From IMG/VR virus record IMGVR_UViG_3300009159_006570, positions 1 to 33,698 of that record: a stretch of DNA of 33,698 bases. One strand, written 5' to 3'. The notes under the pieces are model-generated. The model did no database searches and was not told the origin of the DNA. It saw only the letters and a program-made list of their open reading frames with translations. Positions 26,084 to 33,698 of the stretch are shown here, piece after piece. The position numbers were made by a program, and so were the translations under genes. This DNA comes from a virus (Duplodnaviria > Caudoviricetes). Within the stretch, counting starts at the first letter, position 1; the number at the start of each line of letters is the position of its first letter.

Positions 26084-26139
26084 GTAATTTCCTCTTGTGT
26101 GTGGATTTCTTATAAAGAACCAATCTCTTAGCATAGTAT

Positions 26140-26168
26140 ATTATACCGTACATTATAGCAGATGTCAA
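26140..26168 (-). promoter_or_regulatory. Perfect sigma70 consensus promoter for uvsX
   Basis: TTGACA-N17-TATAAT on the minus strand. Confidence 0.85.
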
Positions 26169-26395
26169 GAACTAATGTAGTCATCCATCTTCTTGATGAA
26201 CGCCTTGATCTTCTTCTCACGATCTGGCCAAACGATAGTATCCTTCTCTGGGTTCTTCATGAGGTTGTTGAGGAGAGGCATAATCATCTTCCTCAAACCA
26301 TCAACCTTATCGTTGGCTTCTGTTTTAATATCATCTGTGTGTGCAAATGAGAAACCAAAGTCATTATCTTCGTCCAACTTAATGTCTACTTTCAT
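26165..26395 (-). CDS. Conserved T4-like hypothetical protein
   Basis: DFGFS...PLLNNLMKNPEKDTIVWPDR; AAGGA SD. Confidence 0.75.
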   Translation of the reverse strand: MKVDIKLDEDNDFGFSFAHTDDIKTEANDKVDGLRKMIMPLLNNLMKNPEKDTIVWPDREKKIKAFIKKMDDYISS

Positions 26396-26615
26396 CGATA
26401 ATCCTTATTATTTCTGGGTTTGGTGAATTTGCCAAATATTCTTCCAATGTTAAAGAAACACATTTACTTGCAGCTCCAAATGATTGTGGCGTTCTAAAAG
26501 ATTTGGTAGTCGCTGCTTCCTTCCTCATTTTATCTCTATATTTTTCTCTTTTTTCAAAAGGCATTTTGTCAAGTTGATTGAGAGTTAACTTTTTGTTTTT
26601 CTTTTTTTTAGCCAA
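26379..26615 (-). CDS. Basic hypothetical protein (~78 aa)
   Basis: Likely TTG start at 26615 behind GGAGG, overlapping the polymerase stop. Confidence 0.55.
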   Translation of the reverse strand: MAKKKKNKKLTLNQLDKMPFEKREKYRDKMRKEAATTKSFRTPQSFGAASKCVSLTLEEYLANSPNPEIIRIIDESRH

Positions 26616-29088
26616 AGAAATCCTCCAATGTTGCTCTCTGTTCAACTTCCCAGTTGATAACTTCGGTAATTGAGCGTAGCGGTTCTACGAAGCTTTTGCT
26701 AAATTGCAGCTCACGATCGATATACTTATCGAGTTTGAATTCTTTAGGTAGCTCATCAGGAGTTGCAATAACAGTATCACCGATAGGATTGGGCAGCTTA
26801 AGATAAGCGAATTTGATCTTATCACCATCCTGGATCGGTGGGATCGTTCTAATATCGTTACTCTTCAGCAACGAATTAAACAACAGTGCGCCCTTAACTT
26901 GGATAGGAGTGCCCTTGATGTAGATTTCTTTCTTGCTTGAATATTTACCCATCCCCTTGACACCACGAGGAAAGGCGACCTGTTCAAAAGGTAGCTCCAT
27001 AAATTCATCACGAAAGTCGGAAACGAACTTCTGAAGATCAGCTTCATTATGGTTCATAATCAGAGACAAAGCTTCCTTAATCTTCACACGACATGCATGA
27101 GGAGTAGACGAGCGAACAGCCTCAATACCTTGAATCTTCAGCTTTGGTTTATCATACTGCACACCCTCGACGTTCCAAGCATTAAGGATGTACATCTTCT
27201 TGCCACGCCAGATACCCTTGTTGGCGATAGTCTCACGCTTCATCTGCATCTTCTGCTGACGAGCGTTCATCATACCAGCAAGCTCATCATAGCACTTATC
27301 GAGATAATGTTGAATTTTAGTTTCGCAAAATTTATCAATCAGCTTGACAGCTTCAAGTTCATTACTACCATTTGGGATGAGTCGATCAAAGGTTACATAA
27401 ATCGAATCTGTGTCAGATGCAATAACAAAATCAATGTTCTTTGTTTTACACATCTTGTTCATAAATTCGTTCATCTTCTTCTCGATGAAACGAATAGACA
27501 ACTGACCAGACATCGTGATGGCTTCTGCATTATTGAAGCTGAACCAACGGAAGTAACGATTACCCAGAGCGCCGTAAGCTGAGTTAAGCTGAATTTTCTT
27601 AGCCATCTGCATATTATGATAGCGAGCGATCATCATTTCATCCTCTCGCGCATGCGTTTGCTCGTAACGCTTTTTCGCCTCGATCATCTTCTTCTTATAT
27701 TCAACACGATCGTCGTACATCTTCTCCATCAATGCAGGGAGAAAGCCTTGCTTGTCCTTACGGTACATACAACCATTGGCGGCGTATGCGTAATCATGAT
27801 TACGAAGATGAAATTCATAATTTACACCATTAAGAATATTATCAACGGAAGGCATTTCATCCCAACGTTTAACAAATGTTTCGGGGCTGATATTATACTG
27901 CATAATAAGATGAGGATACAGGCTGTTCAAATCGAACGACACAACCCACTTACTGAGACCAATTTTAGGCTCCTTTACGTAGCCACCGACTAGTTCAAAT
28001 TCCTCACGCGAGGCTTCGAACTGAGGGATGACGATACGGCGGTCCAAGAGATAGTTATGAATGATAACATCCCAGGGACGAACAGTAGTCATAGTGTCGT
28101 GGTAGTTTACCTTTCCGTCGTAGGCGAGCGCCATTACCTGCTCGATAAATTTAAGCTTCTCATCAAGCCTATCGACCAACACACAGTCATGAATATTATA
28201 TTCAATGAACTTCTGAAAGTTGCTCTTGTATAACTCAAGGAGCGAACCATACTCTGAGTAGTCTACCTTCTGCTCGCCTAACTCAACCTGGGAAATGTAG
28301 TCTAGCTTATAGCTCTCCTGATTGCCGAAGCTGAACTTGCGATACAGTTGATAGTAATCCAACACAGCAATACCAGCTGGGCTGAACGTTTGGTTCTTCT
28401 TACCTTTGAATTCAACATCCTTCTCGTCAAGAATACCCCAAGGTGAGAGCTTCTTAGCCTGATCCTCGCCTAGTACGTTCTTGATACGGTTGACTGTGTA
28501 AGGAATATCGAAGAACTCAATGTTCCAACCAGTAACAACATCTGGCTTCCAGGTAGGATGGTTCCACACCTTGATGAACTTGTCGAGTAGCTCGTACTCA
28601 TCCTTGCAACGGATGTACTTAGTTTCCTCGTTGTGTGCAACATACTCACCACAGCCGAACACAATGTTCTTGCCGTTCTTACGTAGAGTGATAGCTGTGA
28701 TTTCTTTATCAGCCTTCTGAATGTCTGGGAAACCCTCGTCAGCGGCGCACTCGATATCGATAGTCACTACTGAAACAAGCGACGGATCGTACTGGATCTC
28801 GCCGTTGTAGTAGTCATACATGAACACATATTGGTAGTTGTTGAAACCGTAGTAGTCGAAGTTCGATACGTCCTTGTACTTCTCACAAAAGTCACGAGCA
28901 TCTGAAATAGAATCAAACTGCATCTTGTCGACTTGTTTGCCTTCCAATGTGCGATAAAACCCATCCTTCTTGGGAAGGAAGAGGTATGGCTTATACTTCT
29001 CGACGAACTCTACTCTCTGACCATCTTCATAACCACGGACATAAATTTTATCAAATCGCTGGTATACGCTTGTGTAAAACTTCATCAT
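26608..29088 (-). CDS. gp43: T4 gp43-like family B DNA polymerase
   Basis: Exo DIE, GWNIEFFD, YNIHD; polymerase SFDLNSLYP, KIQLNSAYG, SDTDS. Confidence 0.97.
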   Translation of the reverse strand: MMKFYTSVYQRFDKIYVRGYEDGQRVEFVEKYKPYLFLPKKDGFYRTLEGKQVDKMQFDSISDARDFCEKYKDVSNFDYYGFNNYQYVFMYDYYNGEIQYDPSLVSVVTIDIECAADEGFPDIQKADKEITAITLRKNGKNIVFGCGEYVAHNEETKYIRCKDEYELLDKFIKVWNHPTWKPDVVTGWNIEFFDIPYTVNRIKNVLGEDQAKKLSPWGILDEKDVEFKGKKNQTFSPAGIAVLDYYQLYRKFSFGNQESYKLDYISQVELGEQKVDYSEYGSLLELYKSNFQKFIEYNIHDCVLVDRLDEKLKFIEQVMALAYDGKVNYHDTMTTVRPWDVIIHNYLLDRRIVIPQFEASREEFELVGGYVKEPKIGLSKWVVSFDLNSLYPHLIMQYNISPETFVKRWDEMPSVDNILNGVNYEFHLRNHDYAYAANGCMYRKDKQGFLPALMEKMYDDRVEYKKKMIEAKKRYEQTHAREDEMMIARYHNMQMAKKIQLNSAYGALGNRYFRWFSFNNAEAITMSGQLSIRFIEKKMNEFMNKMCKTKNIDFVIASDTDSIYVTFDRLIPNGSNELEAVKLIDKFCETKIQHYLDKCYDELAGMMNARQQKMQMKRETIANKGIWRGKKMYILNAWNVEGVQYDKPKLKIQGIEAVRSSTPHACRVKIKEALSLIMNHNEADLQKFVSDFRDEFMELPFEQVAFPRGVKGMGKYSSKKEIYIKGTPIQVKGALLFNSLLKSNDIRTIPPIQDGDKIKFAYLKLPNPIGDTVIATPDELPKEFKLDKYIDRELQFSKSFVEPLRSITEVINWEVEQRATLEDFFG

Positions 29089-29110
29089 TCCTCCAAACTA
29101 CTGAAGAACT

Positions 29111-29139
29111 ATTCTAGCTTAAATTAGGGTAAATGTCAA
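29111..29139 (-). promoter_or_regulatory. Sigma70-type promoter for gp43
   Basis: TTGACA-N17-TAGAAT, then GGAGG SD. Confidence 0.8.
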
Positions 29140-30626
29140 GATATTTTCTTGTATCGCTCTAGTTCGAGCGAACTAATATTCTTTGATGGTTTTCCATTAT
29201 CATTCAGTGTTATTTCATCAACAAGGTAGATATTGACTGGCATCTTCGACATGTCATTGTTGTGATATAAACAAACATCTTTAACCGCTCCGCCCAGCAA
29301 GAAGTAGAAAAAGAATTCATTAGTTGGTTCAATACCAGTTTTATTAATATCTTCTAGAAATTTCACCCTATCATAATCATTGATTATCACCATAGCAGAG
29401 AGTTGTTGGTGAACGGCGAAATCTTCACACTTGAACACAGAACAGTCATCAATAATCGGCAGTGTCATGATAGCCTTTTCAATTTCAGCTGTATTAATTT
29501 TGATACCACCAATATTTAAAAACGACTTATCAATTCTACCAGTAATAAACAACCTGCCATCTTCTGTCATTTTGCCTAGATCGAGGGGATAAAACCATCC
29601 ATCATAGAAACATCTAGTCGTTGCTTCTTCTGAGTTTGTGTAACAACTAATTGCTCTTGGTGTTTTAATTCGAATTATACCTTCAGTATTTGGCGGTAGC
29701 TCATTATGATCCTTATCTACAATTTGAACTTCAGTACAAACCATAATAGTACCAACAGAACCATCCCACTGCTCTGGTTCTGACATGAGAACATGTGACG
29801 TTCTTCCGCATTCAGTTGAGCCATATGGTGAAGTGCACATCGTAAAGTGAGACAGGAACAGCTTTAGCTTCTCAGGTGTCAGAGCGGCGCCAGCAGGATC
29901 AGCAATTGCTTTGAACGGCTTCACTGGCGCTGGTCTATCTCCAATAAGTCCAACATGCTGGAGTTGTGACCCACTCAGCTTTACAGTTCTTTCATGATCA
30001 AGATCTTCATACTTGAAGTTGAGTATCACTGGCAAATTATTGAACACAGCATTTGAAACTTCATACATTGCTGTTGACTTAGTAGGATGATAAAGCAATG
30101 CTAACCGATCAGCATTATCAACTTCTCTAGCACAATCAAACAAGCGGTGCCAGTAGTTCTTATATGTAATGTTCATAGTTTTTGGAAGACCAGTCGTGCC
30201 AGATGAATAATTTACCATCCATACATCGTCTGGTTTTGAATGATCTACGAAGTTAAACTCTGTACTACTAGTATACCAACTTTCATCGATAAATGTAGCT
30301 CGCGAGTCTTCGTAGTCATTTGTCGAGTAAAAGATGTGTGTTATTCTATCATGATACTCGTTCATGATAAAAACATTTGCTCTAGTCCAAGAGCAACCAA
30401 TCAAACAGGTAGCATAGTTTAATGTCAGAGCGATGTCAATATCATTATGGCCAATCTTAACAGCAATGAGAGAGTCAGGTGTTACTCCTAGCTCTCTCAT
30501 CTTTTGCGCAAAACTAACTATGTTGTTTCTAAATTGTTTTCCATAAAGAACATGTTCACCGTTTTCAAAAACGACTTGATTTGGATTTTTGTCCAAATGT
30601 TCAACAACAGCATAACCAATATTCAT
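29136..30626 (-). CDS. AMP-binding (ANL superfamily) adenylate-forming enzyme
   Basis: YSSGTTGLPK, YGSTE, GWFYPLDLG, ITGR, NGK; start MNIG at 30626 with AGGA SD. Confidence 0.88.
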   Translation of the reverse strand: MNIGYAVVEHLDKNPNQVVFENGEHVLYGKQFRNNIVSFAQKMRELGVTPDSLIAVKIGHNDIDIALTLNYATCLIGCSWTRANVFIMNEYHDRITHIFYSTNDYEDSRATFIDESWYTSSTEFNFVDHSKPDDVWMVNYSSGTTGLPKTMNITYKNYWHRLFDCAREVDNADRLALLYHPTKSTAMYEVSNAVFNNLPVILNFKYEDLDHERTVKLSGSQLQHVGLIGDRPAPVKPFKAIADPAGAALTPEKLKLFLSHFTMCTSPYGSTECGRTSHVLMSEPEQWDGSVGTIMVCTEVQIVDKDHNELPPNTEGIIRIKTPRAISCYTNSEEATTRCFYDGWFYPLDLGKMTEDGRLFITGRIDKSFLNIGGIKINTAEIEKAIMTLPIIDDCSVFKCEDFAVHQQLSAMVIINDYDRVKFLEDINKTGIEPTNEFFFYFLLGGAVKDVCLYHNNDMSKMPVNIYLVDEITLNDNGKPSKNISSLELERYKKIS

Positions 30627-30637
30627 AATATATCCTA

Positions 30638-31252
30638 TCAAGCAAAAACTTTGAGAGCCTCTTCATACAATTCTTTACGTTCATCAAGACCGATAGTACC
30701 ACCATTGATCTTCTTGGTTACCGTAAGAACATCGCCTTTGTCTGCCCAGTCATTGAGGTCGTGCTGATCCCAGAACCAAGCAGCAGACATGAGAGCGCCT
30801 TCTGGCGTTTCTAGCCAATCAGGATTATTGATCAAGTCGACTTCAAGATCACCGCCGCATGCTGTGTAGTTCGAGCGACCCGTTAATTGAATAGCCCCTC
30901 GCCCACGGAAACGATAACCGTCACCAGACTCAACAGCGCCATTACCCATGCGAGATGCATAGACAAGATTAGCAATTCTTTCAGGATTGTGAGCGTATTC
31001 ACTTGTATCTACTCCCTTGAAATATTTGGGGAAGATTTGTGCAAGTCTATCCGCTTTGTAGTTTAGATTTTCATGCAGCTTAGTTAATCCACCAGATTCA
31101 TGACCGACTTGAGCAAGGAACATTGCTAGTCGCTGAGGTGTATTAATATCAAAATCTTCGATTACTTGATTAATTGGATCAACAAAATTCTTGAGAACGA
31201 AATCGTCTGTGTCTTCAAAGAAATTGCATAATTGTTCGAGGGTAACTTTCAT
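30638..31252 (-). CDS. Glycoside hydrolase family 19 endolysin
   Basis: FLAQVGHESGG, ENLNY, FRGRGAIQLTGRSNY, SAAWFW, TKKINGG. Confidence 0.92.
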   Translation of the reverse strand: MKVTLEQLCNFFEDTDDFVLKNFVDPINQVIEDFDINTPQRLAMFLAQVGHESGGLTKLHENLNYKADRLAQIFPKYFKGVDTSEYAHNPERIANLVYASRMGNGAVESGDGYRFRGRGAIQLTGRSNYTACGGDLEVDLINNPDWLETPEGALMSAAWFWDQHDLNDWADKGDVLTVTKKINGGTIGLDERKELYEEALKVFA

Positions 31253-31271
31253 AAATGACTCCTATAATGTG

Positions 31272-31296
31272 ATAGCGGGGAACGAATCCCCGCTAT
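31272..31296. terminator. 10-bp hairpin after the hsp20-DUF1127 genes (probable terminator)
   Basis: ATAGCGGGGA-N5-TCCCCGCTAT perfect inverted repeat; no clear U-tract on the minus strand. Confidence 0.55.
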
Positions 31297-31301
31297 TTAT
31301 T
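31294..31301 (-). promoter_or_regulatory. Late promoter variant AATAAATA for the endolysin
   Basis: One mismatch; overlaps the hairpin arm, ~40 nt before ATG 31252. Confidence 0.55.
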
Positions 31302-31494
31302 AGAAAGACTGACTTGGGATTCTCTGTCTTAAAGTATTCGCAACAACATTATGTAGTTCACCACGAGTGATACCCAAGTCAGCCAGTTCTTGATCGGTTA
31401 GTTGTTCAAGCTCATTGTACGCTGAGTTGAAAGCTATCGATCTGCGTAGCCAGGTAATTGACTGACCAGCACAATACGTAAAGATGTTAAACAT
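31300..31494 (-). CDS. DUF1127 (YjiS-like) small protein
   Basis: AYNELEQLTDQELADLGITRGEL matches the ELxxLxDxxLxDxGxxR pattern. Confidence 0.85.
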   Translation of the reverse strand: MFNIFTYCAGQSITWLRRSIAFNSAYNELEQLTDQELADLGITRGELHNVVANTLRQRIPSQSF

Positions 31495-32001
31495 TTATTT
31501 CTTAGCGACCACCGTAGTAGTTGCTACCTCTTCTTCGATGTTGATCTTCTTTGGCTTCTTATCTTCAGGGATAATATGCTCAAGCCAGATCTTAAGCATA
31601 CCATTCATCATCTTGGCGTTGTTCACAACAACGTTGTCCGCAAGAGTGAAGGTACGAGTGAAAGGACGATCTGAGATACCCTTATGGAGGAATTGTTGAT
31701 TAATTCCATCATCTGTAATAGTATCAAGTGTCGTATGACCAGCAATCTTTAGCTTATTCTCTTCAAGAGTAAGCTCGATGTCTTGCTTGCCAAACCCAGC
31801 GACTGCCATTTCAATCACATAGACGTTATCGTCTGTCTTCTTGAGGTTGAATGGGGGATAGCCTGAGGATGCTGCGGAATTAGCAAGTAGATCAGCAGTT
31901 TCTTGAACACGAGCTAGAAACTTTTCTGAGCCAACGAAAAATTTATCAAACTTGGCGAGGTCAGAAAATGTGTGGTCGAAACGATATGGTGTATTAGTCA
32001 T
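31495..32001 (-). CDS. hsp20: Small heat-shock protein, Hsp20/IbpA family
   Basis: YPPFNL, IEMAVAGF, FLHKGISDRPFTRTFTLAD, NGML, IPEDKKPKKINI; start MTNTP at 32001 with AGGAG SD. Confidence 0.95.
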   Translation of the reverse strand: MTNTPYRFDHTFSDLAKFDKFFVGSEKFLARVQETADLLANSAASSGYPPFNLKKTDDNVYVIEMAVAGFGKQDIELTLEENKLKIAGHTTLDTITDDGINQQFLHKGISDRPFTRTFTLADNVVVNNAKMMNGMLKIWLEHIIPEDKKPKKINIEEEVATTTVVAKK

Positions 32002-32007
32002 AGTAGT

Positions 32008-32057
32008 TCTCCTGTTAAGCGAGAGTTGATTATTATGAGACCCGTTTGGCATCTCAT
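32008..32057 (-). promoter_or_regulatory. ROSE-like RNA thermometer in the hsp20 5' UTR
   Basis: Hairpin 1 AUGAGAU-GCC-AAAC-GG-GUCUCAU; hairpin 2 CUC-UCGCU-UAAC-AGGAG places the UYGCU motif against the SD. Confidence 0.72.
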
Positions 32058-32063
32058 ACTATT

Positions 32064-32092
32064 ATATAGGCTTCGTCGTACTATTTTTAAAG
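32064..32092 (-). promoter_or_regulatory. RpoH (sigma32)-like promoter, alphaproteobacterial type
   Basis: CTTTAA-N16-CCTATAT, one mismatch to CTTGAA-N16-CCTATAT. Confidence 0.62.
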
Positions 32093-32096
32093 GGGG

Positions 32097-32312
32097 TTAG
32101 TGTAATTTTCTTCCGTAAGTTTCTTCTGCAACAACAATTAATTGCATTTTTTCTCTATCCAGAAGATAGATAGGTGTCATTCCTGCAAATTTATATTCTT
32201 GACCTGAAGTCCAAATTCTATAAAAACTATTATTTGAATCATCAGAGCACATATCAGCAGCTTCTTTTACAGTTTCTTCTGGTATAGAAATCATTATAGC
32301 GGTAATCATCAT
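32097..32312 (-). CDS. Hypothetical protein (~71 aa)
   Basis: Start overlaps the upstream TGA; AGMTPIYL motif. Confidence 0.65.
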   Translation of the reverse strand: MMITAIMISIPEETVKEAADMCSDDSNNSFYRIWTSGQEYKFAGMTPIYLLDREKMQLIVVAEETYGRKLH

Positions 32313-32911
32313 CAGTCCCAAAGCCCCTGATAATACTTACCGAACAATCGATAACCATTTTTAATACGATTTTCGATTACACGCATACCATCATAATCCT
32401 TACGTTCATGGTACTCGTCATCCCAATCGTTAAGCTGAGATGCATGAGCAAAGATCATTTCATCAAGCACCCACGCCCAACGATCATGGAAAAGATCATC
32501 TGTTTCACCATAGTTCTTCTGCTTATCTGTCAATTCCGGAGCAGCCGTAGAACGAAGATGTTCCGGTACATCCTCATCATCAACGAATGGTGAACCATGC
32601 TTGGTTTCCTTCATTTTTACAAGCATGGGATGAATGATCAGCGAAAGCGTGTGGTCCATCGACCATGTATCATATTCGTCAATACGAATACTAACCTTAC
32701 GTGGTTTTTTATTATGAAACCAGTTGCAAACGGTACATACCCAGCTATCAGCAAGGCGCTCACCAAGCCAATCAGCTGCTTTGTAATCCCAACGATTCCA
32801 ACGTGGGTCATCGTCTAGGAATATACCCTTACGGTTCACCCAGAAGAAAAGCATATCAGTAATTTGATACGGACCAATCCAACGTTTGTATGGGCCAATA
32901 TAGACTTTCAT
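32312..32911 (-). CDS. Conserved Trp-rich T4-like hypothetical protein
   Basis: MKVYIGPY, DTWSMDHTL, RWAWVLDEMIFA, LFGKYYQGLWD. Confidence 0.78.
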   Translation of the reverse strand: MKVYIGPYKRWIGPYQITDMLFFWVNRKGIFLDDDPRWNRWDYKAADWLGERLADSWVCTVCNWFHNKKPRKVSIRIDEYDTWSMDHTLSLIIHPMLVKMKETKHGSPFVDDEDVPEHLRSTAAPELTDKQKNYGETDDLFHDRWAWVLDEMIFAHASQLNDWDDEYHERKDYDGMRVIENRIKNGYRLFGKYYQGLWD

Positions 32912-32918
32912 ATAAATA
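32911..32918 (+). promoter_or_regulatory. T4-type late promoter TATAAATA for the spanins
   Basis: Exact match 22 nt upstream of ATG 32941 (GGAGG SD). Confidence 0.82.
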
Positions 32919-32940
32919 TCCCTTAGAGATGGAGGTTATC

Positions 32941-33294
32941 ATGTTTGGACGTTTACAACTATATATAATCGCTGGCATATTCTTGTTTGGTATTTTATCT
33001 GCAGGATATTACTCTTGGCGCAGCGGGATCGAGCGAGAGGCTCTCCTAGAGTACAACCAACAACAACTTGAACAGAGCATCAAAGACAAAGCTGAGATGG
33101 AAAAACAAATCGCTGATATCGATAACGTCAAGAAAGAAGTCGAAGCTAAGAACGAAGCTGAAAAAAAGGCATTCAAAGAGAAACTCGAATCAATTAGCAT
33201 CGAACTATCTTCGAAACAAGTAGCTGATACAGATAGACCAGCATCAAAGGTACTCAAGGATACAGTGAACAAGCTAAAGGATGTAGTGAAATGA
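32941..33294 (+). CDS. Inner-membrane spanin (Rz-like)
   Basis: N-terminal TM (LYIIAGIFLFGILSAGYY) followed by a coiled coil; overlaps a lipoprotein gene. Confidence 0.75.
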   Translation: MFGRLQLYIIAGIFLFGILSAGYYSWRSGIEREALLEYNQQQLEQSIKDKAEMEKQIADIDNVKKEVEAKNEAEKKAFKEKLESISIELSSKQVADTDRPASKVLKDTVNKLKDVVK

Positions 33295-33575
33295 GAATAT
33301 TAATTGCAACCGTTGCAACGTTAGCTCTAGCTGGTTGTGCTAAGGCACCTCCTCCACAGTTCATCACCAAAACAGAACTGCAGGTTATCGTTCCTGAGAA
33401 GTCAATGTTCTATTGTCAAAACGTAAGGCATTTTCCAAACCCTGAAACATTGACTGATGTGCAGGTAGCGAAGCTGTTGGTTGAGTTGCATTCAAAAAAT
33501 ACTGAGTGCCAAAAAAATATCAATTCAGTATACAAGTTCTTAGACGAAGCTAAGAAGAAAACTAAAACTCAATAA
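33291..33575 (+). CDS. Outer-membrane spanin lipoprotein (Rz1-like)
   Basis: Lipobox LAGC, Pro-rich segment and two further Cys; ATGA overlap. Confidence 0.78.
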   Translation: MRILIATVATLALAGCAKAPPPQFITKTELQVIVPEKSMFYCQNVRHFPNPETLTDVQVAKLLVELHSKNTECQKNINSVYKFLDEAKKKTKTQ

Positions 33576-33576
33576 T

Positions 33577-33650
33577 TGGCTCGGGGGCAAGGACTCGAAC
33601 CTCGACCAAAGGATTCAAAGTCCTTCGTTCTACCATTAAACTAACCCCGA
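33577..33650 (-). tRNA. tRNA-Gln (UUG), CCA encoded
   Basis: UCGGGGU UA GUUU AAUGGUA GAAC G AAGGA CU-UUG-AA UCCUU UGGU CGAGG UUCGAGU CCUUG CCCCCGA G CCA; U1-A72, G73. Confidence 0.92.
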
Positions 33651-33657
33651 TCAATTA

Positions 33658-33698
33658 TCACAGTTCATCTTCAAGATACTCATACAACTGCTTCAACA
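33658..33698 (-). CDS. Possible 3' end of an upstream gene (truncated by the window edge)
   Basis: ...LKQLYEYLEDEL followed by TGA TAA. Confidence 0.35.
   Translation of the reverse strand, partial: LKQLYEYLEDEL

Noticed and set aside
27049-27993. Long plus-strand ORFs (177 and 125 aa), and similar ones at 12993-13502 and 14283-14763
   Set aside because: Antisense shadows of well-supported minus-strand genes; no SD or recognisable motif.
23308-29088. Inteins, introns or homing endonucleases in gp41, uvsX or gp43
   Set aside because: Lengths are typical and the motifs contiguous; no LAGLIDADG, HNH or GIY-YIG ORF seen.
32002-32052. N-terminal extension of Hsp20 in the ORF track (start 32052)
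   Set aside because: The AGGAG SD and ROSE-like structure point to ATG 32001; the extension is UTR. Starts of thyX, uvsX, the spanin and the 12299 gene were trimmed for similar reasons.
482-33575. Stop-codon recoding (no called gene ends in TAG)
   Set aside because: Core genes are full length under the standard code with no internal TAG, and the tRNA anticodon is UUG, not CUA; low TAG use is normal for T4-like phages.

Overview
This window is 33.7 kb of a large T4-like (Tevenvirinae-type) myovirus genome, almost entirely coded on the minus strand. The replication core is intact: gp43 polymerase, uvsX, gp41 helicase, gp61 primase and thyX. The gp43, uvsX and gp61 genes each have a sigma70-consensus promoter. 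Between helicase and primase lies a ~17 kb late region marked by T4-type TATAAATA promoters. It holds fibre/structural genes and a run of proteins whose N-termini resemble T4 capsid-targeting/prohead-protease sequences. These include a KxDG ligase-fold plus HxGH-type nucleotidyltransferase fusion, a HAD phosphatase, a possible nuclease, a HEAT-like repeat protein and an apparent polyprotein; a Dps gene sits among them. The ORF track misses several elements: a PlcP/LpxH2-like phosphoesterase at the left edge coupled to a GT2, a late-promoter/terminator-bounded ~135-nt structured RNA candidate, a long-range structured leader, an RpoH-type promoter plus ROSE-like thermometer before hsp20-DUF1127, and tRNA-Gln(UUG). 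Lysis genes (GH19 endolysin, two-component spanin) are also present. Several markers point to an alphaproteobacterial host. All family calls come from motif recognition by eye; no database search was run.
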